Shown: in pieces, positions 32,093 to 41,686 of the stretch
Numbering within the stretch: the first letter of the stretch is position 1
How the letters are laid out: each line of letters opens with the position of its first letter
Assembly (NCBI GenBank): GCA_902514885.1
Contig: CABXST010000001.1
Span: forward strand, 1-56,068
Length of the DNA: 56,068 bases
Origin: an uncultured Alphaproteobacteria bacterium
Lineage (GTDB): Bacteria > Pseudomonadota > Alphaproteobacteria > HIMB59
Direction of reading: 5' to 3'
Notes under the pieces: generated by a model
Databases searched by the model: none
What the model saw: the letters and a program-made list of their open reading frames with translations, nothing else
What the model was told of the DNA's origin: nothing
Translations under genes and position numbers: made by a program

Positions 32093-32385
32093 TAAATCAT
32101 ATTTCTAAATTTTTAATATTATTTATATTTATTATTTTATTTTTAAGTTTTAAAAATCAAACTAAGATAACCGAAAATGATCTGAAATATTTCATAATAA
32201 ATTATAACAAAGATTATCAAAACTACATAAATAAAGAAATACTTCTCACAAAAGAAATTAATCAATTACAAATAAATAAATTAAATAATTATGATTATGC
32301 AGAAAATAAAAAAATTATTAAGTTTGACAGAAATGAATTTGATGACTTTACAATAATAAAGGTCAATTATGTTCAATCTAAGTAA
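32089..32385 (+). CDS. Probable highly diverged FtsL-like protein
   Basis: Small single-TM protein between rsmH and ftsI; assigned by position only. Confidence 0.5.
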   Translation: MINHISKFLILFIFIILFLSFKNQTKITENDLKYFIINYNKDYQNYINKEILLTKEINQLQINKLNNYDYAENKKIIKFDRNEFDDFTIIKVNYVQSK

Positions 32386-33832
32386 TGAGACAGATTATAA
32401 ACTACTATCTAAAACAAAAAACTATTACAATTTTTTTATTTTTACTATTTTATTCCTTTTTATTGCCATTTTTACACGACTAATTTTTTTAAGTCTTGAT
32501 AATAGTAATAGTTATTTATCAAGTGTAAGAGTTTCAAGTCTTAATGCATTACCCTCTATTTATGATTATAATAAAAATACTTTAGCATACTCTGATTATA
32601 ATTATTCGGTTAAAAATATAAAAGATAAAGTTAAATATTTAAAAAGAAATGTCCCACTTAATAATATCTTAGAGTTAATATATAAAGGTGATCCTTATAT
32701 TAAATATGAAAAAATTCTTACTAGGAAATATCCATACAGTTCTATTGTAAATAATATGATTGGACATACAAATATTGATCATCAAGGTGTATCTTTAATA
32801 GAAAAGTATATAGATAAAAATAATAACGATGTTGATTTATCTTTAGATATTCGAGTGCAAAAAAAAATATATGAATCTTTGTATAATGATACCAAAAATT
32901 TAAATCCAGATTATGCTATGAATGTTTTAGTTGATTTAAGTAGTGAAGAAATTGTCAGTAATGTTTTTTTAGATAACAGAGAATTTAATAGATTTGATCA
33001 AACTTTATTACCTTTGAAGGATTTAAAATTTGATTTTGGATCAGTCTTTAAAACATTTACAGTTTATTCTGCTTTAAAAAATCAAAAAATAAAACTAAAT
33101 GAATATTTTGATGTCGATCAACCTGTATATATTGGAAATAAATTAATTAATGACTTTCCAAGAAATAGTAAAATTCCTATGCAAGTTGCAGATATTTTAA
33201 AAAAATCCTCAAATAGGGGAGCAATCTTAATAAGAAGAAATTTAGATTGTCAAAATGAATTTAAATTTGATTTAGATCAAATAGGTCTTTTAAAATCAAC
33301 TAAAATTGGTTTTGGGATGAAATCTGTTGAACCAACTATTAATAATTTTAGGGGGAGTTATTGTGATAACATTCCCTTTGGCTACGGTTTATCAATTTCT
33401 CCAATACAATTGATCAATGCATATGGAAAAATAATTACTGGTAGAGACAATTTCGAGGCTTCTTTTGAAAAAAATGAAAAACAAAAGGAGAACAAATATA
33501 ATAAAATTTCAAATACTATTAATAATCTATTATTTTATGCAAATGAGACTAATAACGATCTATATAAAAACTTTTTAGTAGCAGGTAAAACTGGAACTGC
33601 AGATCAAACTATCTCAAACAATGAAAAATTTCAAAACGTTACTTATATAAGTTTCTTTCCATACAACAATCCAAAATATTTAAATTTTACGTTTATGCAA
33701 AACCCAAAAGAGAAATATGGTAAATTCATGACAGCTGGTAATACAGTTAAACCAACTTTTTATAATCTTCTAAAAGAGATTTATATGTACCTAGACTTAT
33801 CTATAATTAATACTAAAAGCACAGATATTTAA
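32369..33832 (+). CDS. ftsI: Class B penicillin-binding protein (FtsI/PBP3-like), shortened
   Basis: TM anchor, RKYP, SxxK (GSVFK), SxN (SSN), KTGTA; dcw position. Confidence 0.85.
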   Translation: MFNLSNETDYKLLSKTKNYYNFFIFTILFLFIAIFTRLIFLSLDNSNSYLSSVRVSSLNALPSIYDYNKNTLAYSDYNYSVKNIKDKVKYLKRNVPLNNILELIYKGDPYIKYEKILTRKYPYSSIVNNMIGHTNIDHQGVSLIEKYIDKNNNDVDLSLDIRVQKKIYESLYNDTKNLNPDYAMNVLVDLSSEEIVSNVFLDNREFNRFDQTLLPLKDLKFDFGSVFKTFTVYSALKNQKIKLNEYFDVDQPVYIGNKLINDFPRNSKIPMQVADILKKSSNRGAILIRRNLDCQNEFKFDLDQIGLLKSTKIGFGMKSVEPTINNFRGSYCDNIPFGYGLSISPIQLINAYGKIITGRDNFEASFEKNEKQKENKYNKISNTINNLLFYANETNNDLYKNFLVAGKTGTADQTISNNEKFQNVTYISFFPYNNPKYLNFTFMQNPKEKYGKFMTAGNTVKPTFYNLLKEIYMYLDLSIINTKSTDI

Positions 33833-35208
33833 TGAATTTAGATGAATTAAAAGATAAGGGATATAGAATTGTTACTAACTGGCAAGAATGTAATAAGAAG
33901 TCTATTTTTCTACTTAATAGTAATAATAATAGTAAATTTATTAATTATAAAAAATTAGCAATAAAAAAAAATTGTAAATTTATTATTTGTAATATTAAAT
34001 TCAAAAAAGATATTAAACAAAACCTAATCAATTATTTTTTTTATAAAAATCAAAAAGATTTACAGAATATTGCTAAAATTTTTTATAATACTAATAATCT
34101 TAAAATTATTTTTGTGACCGGTACAAATGGTAAAACTTCAATTGCATACGGTGCAAACAAATTGTTTAACATCAACTCGATAAAGTCCTGTTACATTGGT
34201 ACATTAGGTTTCTATATCAATTCAAAAAAAATAAAAAAACTAAATAATACTACACCTTCATATTTTGAAATACTCAATTTACTTCAAATTGCAAATGACA
34301 ACTATGTAAAATTTGTTTTTATAGAAGTTTCTAGTATTGGTTATAGTTCAGGAAGGATTGGAAATTTAATGTATAACTATGCCATCCTAACTAACTTAGA
34401 GTCAGATCATTTAGATTATCATAAAAATATTAAAAATTATCATTTAGCCAAAGTAAATTTAATAAAAAATCATAAACTAAAAAACTCAATTTTATTTATA
34501 CAAGACGATAAATTAAAAAATAAATTTAAAAGTTTTAAAAGTAAATTATTTACTCAAGGTAAATTTTTATCTAACCATAAAATATCTGTTACCCGAAAAA
34601 AAAATGACAAATTTCAAATATCTACAAATAATTTTTTATTTAATATTAGTTCTTTTAATAACTTTATGGCTAAAAATATAATTACTATATTGATGATTTA
34701 TCATAATATCACAAAACAATTCCCATCAAATATAAGTAATTCTTTATTTCCACCTGGTAGATCTGAAATCATTTTTAACAAAAAAAACAAAGTGATAATT
34801 ATTGATTATGCTCATTCAAAAGATGCTTATGAAAATTTGTTAAAAGAACTGCCTTCAAATAAAAATATAATAATTGTATATGGCTGTGGAGGAGATAGAG
34901 ATAAAACCAAAAGAACACAAATAGCCAAAGTTATTTCAAAGTACACAAACTTACAGATTATAACTGATGATAACCCAAGAAGAGAAGATCCAGCAATGAT
35001 TAGAAAAACTTTGATAGAACATTCCTTTAATCCAATTGAGGTACCTAATAGAAGAAAGGCTATTAAAATTGGTATAAGTTATATTAAAAAAAATGAAGGT
35101 ATTTTGATAATTGCTGGTAAAGGCCATGAGGACACACAAACCTATAAAGATAAAAATTATATTTTTAATGATAGAGTAATTTCATCTAATTATGCAAAAA
35201 ATCTATAA
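33832..35208 (+). CDS. murE: UDP-MurNAc-dipeptide--meso-DAP ligase
   Basis: TGTNGKTS, EVSS, DHLDYH, DYAH, GCGGDRD, DNPR, AGKGHE. Confidence 0.93.
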   Translation: MNLDELKDKGYRIVTNWQECNKKSIFLLNSNNNSKFINYKKLAIKKNCKFIICNIKFKKDIKQNLINYFFYKNQKDLQNIAKIFYNTNNLKIIFVTGTNGKTSIAYGANKLFNINSIKSCYIGTLGFYINSKKIKKLNNTTPSYFEILNLLQIANDNYVKFVFIEVSSIGYSSGRIGNLMYNYAILTNLESDHLDYHKNIKNYHLAKVNLIKNHKLKNSILFIQDDKLKNKFKSFKSKLFTQGKFLSNHKISVTRKKNDKFQISTNNFLFNISSFNNFMAKNIITILMIYHNITKQFPSNISNSLFPPGRSEIIFNKKNKVIIIDYAHSKDAYENLLKELPSNKNIIIVYGCGGDRDKTKRTQIAKVISKYTNLQIITDDNPRREDPAMIRKTLIEHSFNPIEVPNRRKAIKIGISYIKKNEGILIIAGKGHEDTQTYKDKNYIFNDRVISSNYAKNL

Positions 35209-36490
35209 AATTATTTATGATTTAAAATCAAAATATAATAGCAACATAGTTTTTGATACAAGACTTATAAAAGAGAATGATATTTTTATAAGTTTAAAAA
35301 CAGATAAAAACGACGGCAACTTATATTATAAAGATGCTCTCAAAAAAAAAGCATCTCTTGTAATTGTTAACGTAAAGACAAATAATTCCAAATTATTGTA
35401 TGTTAAAGACTCTCAGTTATTTATAATAAAATTTTGCAAATATATATTAAACAATTACAAAGGTAAAATTATCGCTATTACTGGTTCTGTTGGAAAAACA
35501 ACATTTAAAGAGAATATTTATCATATTTTAAAAAATAATAATTTTAAGACATACAGATCATATAAAAATTACAATAATATTCAGGGTTTGCAATTTTCTA
35601 TTATGAATATGCATTTAAACACTGATTACTCTGTATTCGAATTAGGCATTAATATCTCTAATGAAATGACTAAATTAATTAAAACTTTACAACCACATTA
35701 TTGCTTAGTCACAGGTATTGAAAATTCTCACATTGGAAATTTTAGAAATTTTAATCACTTAATTGATAACAAATTAAAAATATTTAAGTCAAAAAGACTT
35801 ATAAGTGGTTTAATTAATTATAATTACAACTCTCATTATATTGAGAGCAAAATTGACTCAAATGTTCACCTCATAAATGTTGATAATTTAAAAAAACATA
35901 TTCTAAAAAGAAAAAAAAAATATGTAGTAAATTTTATACTAAATAAAAATCGATATTCTATCGAGTCATTTAGAGGAACTTTTTGTATAAATATAGCTAT
36001 AATTTCATTTTTGTTTTTAAAGACATTTGTGAAGAAAATTAATTTAAATATATTTTTTTATGAGGAATCTATAATTAATTCTAGGGGGAATGAAGTCCTA
36101 ACTTATATAAAGAACAAAAAAGTTATATTCTTCGACCATAGCTATAATGCCAGCCCATATTCACTTAATAAGCAAATTCTAATATTTAATCAGAGGAATA
36201 TAAAACAAAAAGTTTATATATTGGGAGCAATGAAGGAATTAGGAGTGCAGTCAGATTTTTTTCACCTACAAATAATAGAATTGGTAACAAATTTAAATCT
36301 AAAAAAAATAATTTTCATTGGTGAAGAATTCTATAAATTTAAAAAAAAATCAAATAACTTTAATTTTTATAAGAGCTATATGCCAGCTATTAAATATTTA
36401 AATAAAGAATTTGATAGTATAAAGAATGTATTTGTTATGGGGTCAAGATCAAATCAACTAGATAGGCTAATAAAACAATATGTTAAGTGA
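35192..36490 (+). CDS. murF: UDP-MurNAc-tripeptide--D-Ala-D-Ala ligase
   Basis: DTR, ITGSVGKTT, NYNN, ELG, SYNA, GAMKELG, GSR. Confidence 0.9.
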   Translation: MQKIYKIIYDLKSKYNSNIVFDTRLIKENDIFISLKTDKNDGNLYYKDALKKKASLVIVNVKTNNSKLLYVKDSQLFIIKFCKYILNNYKGKIIAITGSVGKTTFKENIYHILKNNNFKTYRSYKNYNNIQGLQFSIMNMHLNTDYSVFELGINISNEMTKLIKTLQPHYCLVTGIENSHIGNFRNFNHLIDNKLKIFKSKRLISGLINYNYNSHYIESKIDSNVHLINVDNLKKHILKRKKKYVVNFILNKNRYSIESFRGTFCINIAIISFLFLKTFVKKINLNIFFYEESIINSRGNEVLTYIKNKKVIFFDHSYNASPYSLNKQILIFNQRNIKQKVYILGAMKELGVQSDFFHLQIIELVTNLNLKKIIFIGEEFYKFKKKSNNFNFYKSYMPAIKYLNKEFDSIKNVFVMGSRSNQLDRLIKQYVK

Positions 36491-37556
36491 CTTATTATAC
36501 TCACTAAAAGAGACAGAATTTTTCTTTAATTTGTTTGGTTATATTTCCTTTAGATCAGGTTTATCTTTAGTTACTTCATTTTTTATAGTTATAATTTTAA
36601 TGCCTCACTGGATTAGATTTCAAAAGAGTATTTTTCCAAGTGGGCAACCTATTCGAAATGACGGCCCAGATACACATTATCATAAAAAAGGAACTCCAAC
36701 ATTAGGTGGAGTGCTAATACTGTTTGCAATTATTTTAAGCTCAATATTATGGACCTCAAATTTCTCAAGTTTTAATTACATATTAATCCTGACTTTAACA
36801 CTATTTGGTCTTATTGGCTTAGTTGATGATTTTCAAAAAGTTAAACTAGGAAAGGGTATATCTTCTAAAACTAAATTCTTAAGTCAGTTATTAGCTACAT
36901 TAATTATTTATCTTACAATTAAATATAATGGATTTGATTTAAACAAATTTAGTATTCCTTTTTTAAAAGATGCTTCAATTGAACTTGGTTATTTATATTT
37001 TGTATTAATCTTATTTATTGTTGTTGGCTCAACGAATGCAACTAATTTAACAGATGGTTTGGATGGATTAGTCTCTATGCCTTTGATATTTGTCTTCCTA
37101 ACATTTGCTATATTTGCATATGTATTAGGAAATATAAATTTTTCTGACTATCTTTTAGTAAATTATATGAAAGGCTCGGGCGAGATAGTAATTTTTTGTA
37201 CTGCAGCAATTGGTTCTTTACTTGGTTTTTTATGGTTTAATTCTAGCCCCGCTTCTATTTTCATGGGAGATACAGGATCTCAATCTTTAGGAGCTTCATT
37301 AGCCGTAACTTCAATTTTACTAAAACAGGAAATAGTATTGGCTGTAGCAGGCGGTCTTTTTGTAATAGAGACAATATCAGTGATGCTACAAGTTACATAT
37401 TTTAAATTAACAAAAGGCAAAAGATTATTTTTAATGGCACCTTTACATCATCACTACGAGAAAAAAGGAATATCAGAGCAAAAGATTGTGATTAGATTTT
37501 GGATATTAAGTTTTCTTTTTTGTCTTTTAGCTTTATCACTTCTAAAAATAAGATAA
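36480..37556 (+). CDS. mraY: Phospho-MurNAc-pentapeptide transferase
   Basis: KKGTPTLGG, DDF.K, NLTDGLDG, FMGDTGS, MAPLHHHYE. Confidence 0.97.
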   Translation: MLSDLLYSLKETEFFFNLFGYISFRSGLSLVTSFFIVIILMPHWIRFQKSIFPSGQPIRNDGPDTHYHKKGTPTLGGVLILFAIILSSILWTSNFSSFNYILILTLTLFGLIGLVDDFQKVKLGKGISSKTKFLSQLLATLIIYLTIKYNGFDLNKFSIPFLKDASIELGYLYFVLILFIVVGSTNATNLTDGLDGLVSMPLIFVFLTFAIFAYVLGNINFSDYLLVNYMKGSGEIVIFCTAAIGSLLGFLWFNSSPASIFMGDTGSQSLGASLAVTSILLKQEIVLAVAGGLFVIETISVMLQVTYFKLTKGKRLFLMAPLHHHYEKKGISEQKIVIRFWILSFLFCLLALSLLKIR

Positions 37557-38801
37557 TTGATAAATTTAAATAAAAAATTTTTAATATATGGATATGGCAT
37601 AAGTGGTAAATCAATAGAGAGATACCTAAATAATAAAAATTGTAATTATAATATCTATGATGATTTTAAAAAAATCACTAATAAAAAAACTATAAATAAA
37701 AATTACTTACTTAATAACCTAAATAAATATGATTATTTTATTGTTTCCCCATCAATTAAAATTAATAAAAATCATCTTTTATATAAATATAAAAATAAAA
37801 TTTTAATTGATTTGGATTTTTTAAGTTTAGAGTTATCCAAACAGAAATTAGTAGGAGTGACAGGTACAGAAGGTAAATCTTCGACATGTAACTACCTAAA
37901 AGAGATACTATCAAAAAAATATAAGACAGAGATTATTGGAAATTTTGGTAATACTATTTTAGATAAGAAAGATCTTATTAAATATTTGTCTAAAGTTGAT
38001 ATTTTGATTATTGAATTAAGTTCATATCAATTAGATAAAGTAAAGTTTTTAAAATTACATTATGGAATTATAACAAATATATTCAGTGATCACTTAGATT
38101 ATCATAATAATGTAAAAGAATATATTAATTCAAAATTTCGAATACAAAATTTATTATATAAAAATTGTAATTTGCATTTATCAAAAAAATTATTTCTCAA
38201 ATATCAAAGAAATTTAAAAATAAATAAAAAAAGATTGGTTTTTATTAATGACAGGATATCTATAAAAAAGGATCTAGTTCATTATATTAAGGAACTTAAT
38301 TTAAATTCAGTAATAAAATTAGTTTATAGTATCGACCCAAAGATAAAAGTTGATACTAGTTCAGTATCTAATGAATTAAAATATAGAAATCAACTTATTT
38401 GCAATCTAAAAAACTTAAAAATATATAATGACAGTAAGTGTACCAATTTAAATAATGCTATTTTTAAAAATAATTTAATAAATAGTTCAAGAAAAATATT
38501 AATTCTTGGGGGTAAATTTAAAAAACAACTAAGGAATTCAAAATTTAATATTTCGAATACATTGGTTTTAATATTTGGTAATCATAGTAATTTATTTATT
38601 GACCATTTAAATTTTATTAATTCATATTATTACAAATTTATAAATCTCAATGAATTAGTAAAATTTTTAAGGTTAAATTTAACAGTTAATAAATATAATT
38701 ATGTTTTGTTCTCACCAGGAGGTGAGTCATTTGATTATTATAAAAACTATTTAGATCGTGGAAATCATTTTAATAAACTTATTAAAAAAGTATTAATTTG
38801 A
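37557..38801 (+). CDS. murD: UDP-MurNAc-L-Ala--D-Glu ligase
   Basis: GYGISG, TGTEGKSS, ELSSYQL, DHLDYH, NDSKCTN, SPG..SFD; TTG start. Confidence 0.9.
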   Translation: MINLNKKFLIYGYGISGKSIERYLNNKNCNYNIYDDFKKITNKKTINKNYLLNNLNKYDYFIVSPSIKINKNHLLYKYKNKILIDLDFLSLELSKQKLVGVTGTEGKSSTCNYLKEILSKKYKTEIIGNFGNTILDKKDLIKYLSKVDILIIELSSYQLDKVKFLKLHYGIITNIFSDHLDYHNNVKEYINSKFRIQNLLYKNCNLHLSKKLFLKYQRNLKINKKRLVFINDRISIKKDLVHYIKELNLNSVIKLVYSIDPKIKVDTSSVSNELKYRNQLICNLKNLKIYNDSKCTNLNNAIFKNNLINSSRKILILGGKFKKQLRNSKFNISNTLVLIFGNHSNLFIDHLNFINSYYYKFINLNELVKFLRLNLTVNKYNYVLFSPGGESFDYYKNYLDRGNHFNKLIKKVLI

Positions 38802-39898
38802 AAAATATATTATTTAGAGATGATCAAAGTTTATTAGGATCTAACTGGTATGTTTTATCAAAAAAACTTTTTATAATACCATTTATACTATCATCCATAG
38901 GTATTCTTGCTATTTATTCTTTAATAGGTACTGAGTATTCAATTTTACTTATTTTTAAACATATTATTTTTTTATCTATTTCTTTAGTGGTTTTAATATT
39001 TTTATCATTGCTACCAAAAAATGATTTAAGAAAAGTTTTAAATATAATGTGTATATTTTTTACTATTCTTTTATTAATAGTACCGATTTTTGGATATGAA
39101 ATTAAAGGTGCAACTAGATGGATAAGTTTTAATTTTTTTTCTATACAACCATCCGAATTACTTAAAGGACCACTTGTATGTATGTTTTCCTGGTTTTGTT
39201 ATTTATATATTAAGACTAATAATAAATTATATCTATTTATTAGTTTTATAATCATTAGTTTAGTCATAACACTTCTCCTCCTTCAACCAGATATAGGTAC
39301 TTTATTAGTATACATTTCAATTTTTTCTTTGATTTTAATTTTATACTTTAGAAATCTAAAACTTTTTATTTTATTAGGTTTTATAGGTATGTTTTTTTTA
39401 TTAATTGCATATTTTTCATTTGATCATGTTGCTTACAGAATTGACAACTTTCTAGATGGGGATAATACTCAAGTTTCAAAAAGTTTATCAGCAATAAAGA
39501 CAGGTGGAATTTTTGGCGTAGGTCTTGGTGAAGGTCAACTTAAATATTCAATCCCTGAGTCTCATAACGACTTTATATTTGCTATTTTAATTGAAGAATT
39601 TGGAGTTTTATTTGGTTTATTTGTATCTTTTCTCTATCCAGTTTTTTTTATTCTAGCTAGAAAATCTATTTTAAGTCCATCAAATTTATTTATTTCAAAT
39701 ACTATATTTAGTTTATGTTTTTTGATGTGTCTACAAGCTTTTGTAAATATTGGTTCCTCCATAAAATTAATTCCTCCAACTGGAATGACTTTGCCATTTA
39801 TTAGCTATGGTGGCTCATCAATGCTTTCTTATGCGATAATATTTGGTACAGTCATCAACTTTAGTAAAAATGAAGAGAGTACTGCAAATAATTCATAG
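38798..39898 (+). CDS. ftsW: SEDS glycosyltransferase FtsW
   Basis: KGATRW, IQPSE..K, QPD.G, PESHNDFIF, EEFG, TGMTLPFISYGGSS. Confidence 0.93.
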   Translation: MKNILFRDDQSLLGSNWYVLSKKLFIIPFILSSIGILAIYSLIGTEYSILLIFKHIIFLSISLVVLIFLSLLPKNDLRKVLNIMCIFFTILLLIVPIFGYEIKGATRWISFNFFSIQPSELLKGPLVCMFSWFCYLYIKTNNKLYLFISFIIISLVITLLLLQPDIGTLLVYISIFSLILILYFRNLKLFILLGFIGMFFLLIAYFSFDHVAYRIDNFLDGDNTQVSKSLSAIKTGGIFGVGLGEGQLKYSIPESHNDFIFAILIEEFGVLFGLFVSFLYPVFFILARKSILSPSNLFISNTIFSLCFLMCLQAFVNIGSSIKLIPPTGMTLPFISYGGSSMLSYAIIFGTVINFSKNEESTANNS

Positions 39899-40541
39899 TG
39901 AAGTTGCTGATATAAGTGTTATTTCAAAATTTTTTCAAAAAAATCATCATACCTCTACAATTTTTTATAAAAATCTACATTTTTTAAAAAAAAAAGAATT
40001 AGATCAATTTGATTTATTTATATTTCATGGAGGTAAACAGAGTGCAAATAGTAAGTCAAAGGCTATTGTATATGAGTATAAATTTCTAAAATATATAATT
40101 AGACTTAATAAGCCAATTATCGGAATTTGTTTAGGTGCTCAATTGATTGCAAAAATTTATGGATCAAAAATATCAAAATCTAAAAATAAAGTATTTGAGT
40201 GTGGTTATAAAAAAAATTTAAAAAATAATAATAAAGTTTTTAAAAAAAACTTATCTTTTTTACAATTTCACACAGAAGGTATTTCTTTCAATAAAAATAT
40301 GGAATTATTAGCTAAGGGTATTTTGTATGATGTTGATTCCTTCAAAATTAAAAATAAAAATATTTATGGTTTTCAATTTCATCCTGAAGTTACAGCTCAC
40401 ACTATTAAAAGATGGCATGACATAGTTAAGATTAAATACCCTTATATAGATAATCTAAACAAAATAATGAAAGACTTTAAAAAATATCAATTTCAAAATT
40501 ATAATTGGTTTCAAATATTTTTATTAAAACTTTTAAAATGA
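39870..40541 (+). CDS. Class I glutamine amidotransferase
   Basis: GICLGAQ nucleophile elbow and FQFHPE. I preferred the ATG at 39870 (MKRVLQIIH) over the track start at 39843. Confidence 0.85.
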   Translation: MKRVLQIIHSEVADISVISKFFQKNHHTSTIFYKNLHFLKKKELDQFDLFIFHGGKQSANSKSKAIVYEYKFLKYIIRLNKPIIGICLGAQLIAKIYGSKISKSKNKVFECGYKKNLKNNNKVFKKNLSFLQFHTEGISFNKNMELLAKGILYDVDSFKIKNKNIYGFQFHPEVTAHTIKRWHDIVKIKYPYIDNLNKIMKDFKKYQFQNYNWFQIFLLKLLK

Positions 40542-41458
40542 TAAATATTATTTTTTCACAAGAGTATAAAAACCATGATACTGGTAACCATCCGGAATCC
40601 ATAGAACGAATAAAAGTTGTAAATAATTTAATAAAAGAAGAGTATTCAAAACACAAACTTATTGAACCTACTATTGCTGATAAAAAAATAATTTCTTTAG
40701 TTCATGACTTAGAATACGTAAATAAAATTTATGTATCTATTCCAAATTCTGGATATACTTATTTTGATCCTGACACTATAGCTAGTCCAAATAGTTTAAA
40801 AAGTTACCTTTTAGCAGTTGGGGGAAGTGTTGATGCAGTAAAATACATTTTAGATAAAAAAAATAAAGGTGTGTTCTTCTGTGCCCATAGACCACCTGGT
40901 CATCATGCTGAAAGTAATAAAGCCATGGGTTTTGGTGTATTTAATAACGTCGCTATATCAGCTCAATATGCATTAAATTCTGGTAAATTTAAAAAAATTT
41001 TAATTGTAGATTTTGATGTACACCATGGAAATGGTACTCAACATATCTTCGAAAATAACCCTAATATTTACTATGCCTCAAGTCATCAATTTCCTTTTTA
41101 CCCTGGCACTGGTTCATTTAACGAAGTTGGTGTTGGAAATATATTTAATTGCCCTTTACCTAGTGATTGTGACTCAAGCTCTTTTAGATCTCTATTCAGA
41201 AAAAATATTGTTGATAAAATTGATACTAAATTTGATTTAATATATTTCTCTGCTGGTTTTGATGCACATAAATTTGATCCACTTGCTTCAATCAACTTAG
41301 AGAATGATGACTTTTATTGGGTGACAAAAATTATATTGGAAAAGTTTGCAAATAATGTTCCAATAATTTCAGTCTTGGAGGGTGGATATGATATGGAAGG
41401 TTTATATCATGGGCTACATAACCATCTAAAAGCTTTAGTAGAATACTCTAATGAATAA
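40538..41458 (+). CDS. Histone-deacetylase family Zn amidohydrolase
   Basis: HPE, RPPGHHAE, DFDVHHGNGTQ, SAGFDAH, LEGGY. The ATG at 40538 forms an ATGA overlap with the upstream stop. Confidence 0.93.
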   Translation: MINIIFSQEYKNHDTGNHPESIERIKVVNNLIKEEYSKHKLIEPTIADKKIISLVHDLEYVNKIYVSIPNSGYTYFDPDTIASPNSLKSYLLAVGGSVDAVKYILDKKNKGVFFCAHRPPGHHAESNKAMGFGVFNNVAISAQYALNSGKFKKILIVDFDVHHGNGTQHIFENNPNIYYASSHQFPFYPGTGSFNEVGVGNIFNCPLPSDCDSSSFRSLFRKNIVDKIDTKFDLIYFSAGFDAHKFDPLASINLENDDFYWVTKIILEKFANNVPIISVLEGGYDMEGLYHGLHNHLKALVEYSNE

Positions 41459-41675
41459 AAAAAATGACAAAAATTTTGAAAGTGCACTCAAAAGACTTGA
41501 GGCAATATCAGATCTATTGGAAAATGATGATACACCACTGGAAGATAGCATTAAATTATTTGAGGAAGGTATAGATTTAAAAGAATACTGCGAGGAAAAA
41601 TTGAAATCTGCAAAAATTAAAATCGACAAAATCGTAAAAAAAAATAAATCACTTGCGTCAACAGAATTTAAGTAA
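41451..41675 (+). CDS. xseB: Exodeoxyribonuclease VII small subunit
   Basis: FESALKRLE.I...LE....PLEDSI.LFEEG..L...C...L..A. Confidence 0.93.
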   Translation: MNKKNDKNFESALKRLEAISDLLENDDTPLEDSIKLFEEGIDLKEYCEEKLKSAKIKIDKIVKKNKSLASTEFK

Positions 41676-41686
41676 CCAAAAAACTT

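Noticed and set aside
33832-38801. Pseudogenised mur genes
   Set aside because: Frames are uninterrupted, and the ATP- and substrate-binding motifs are preserved.
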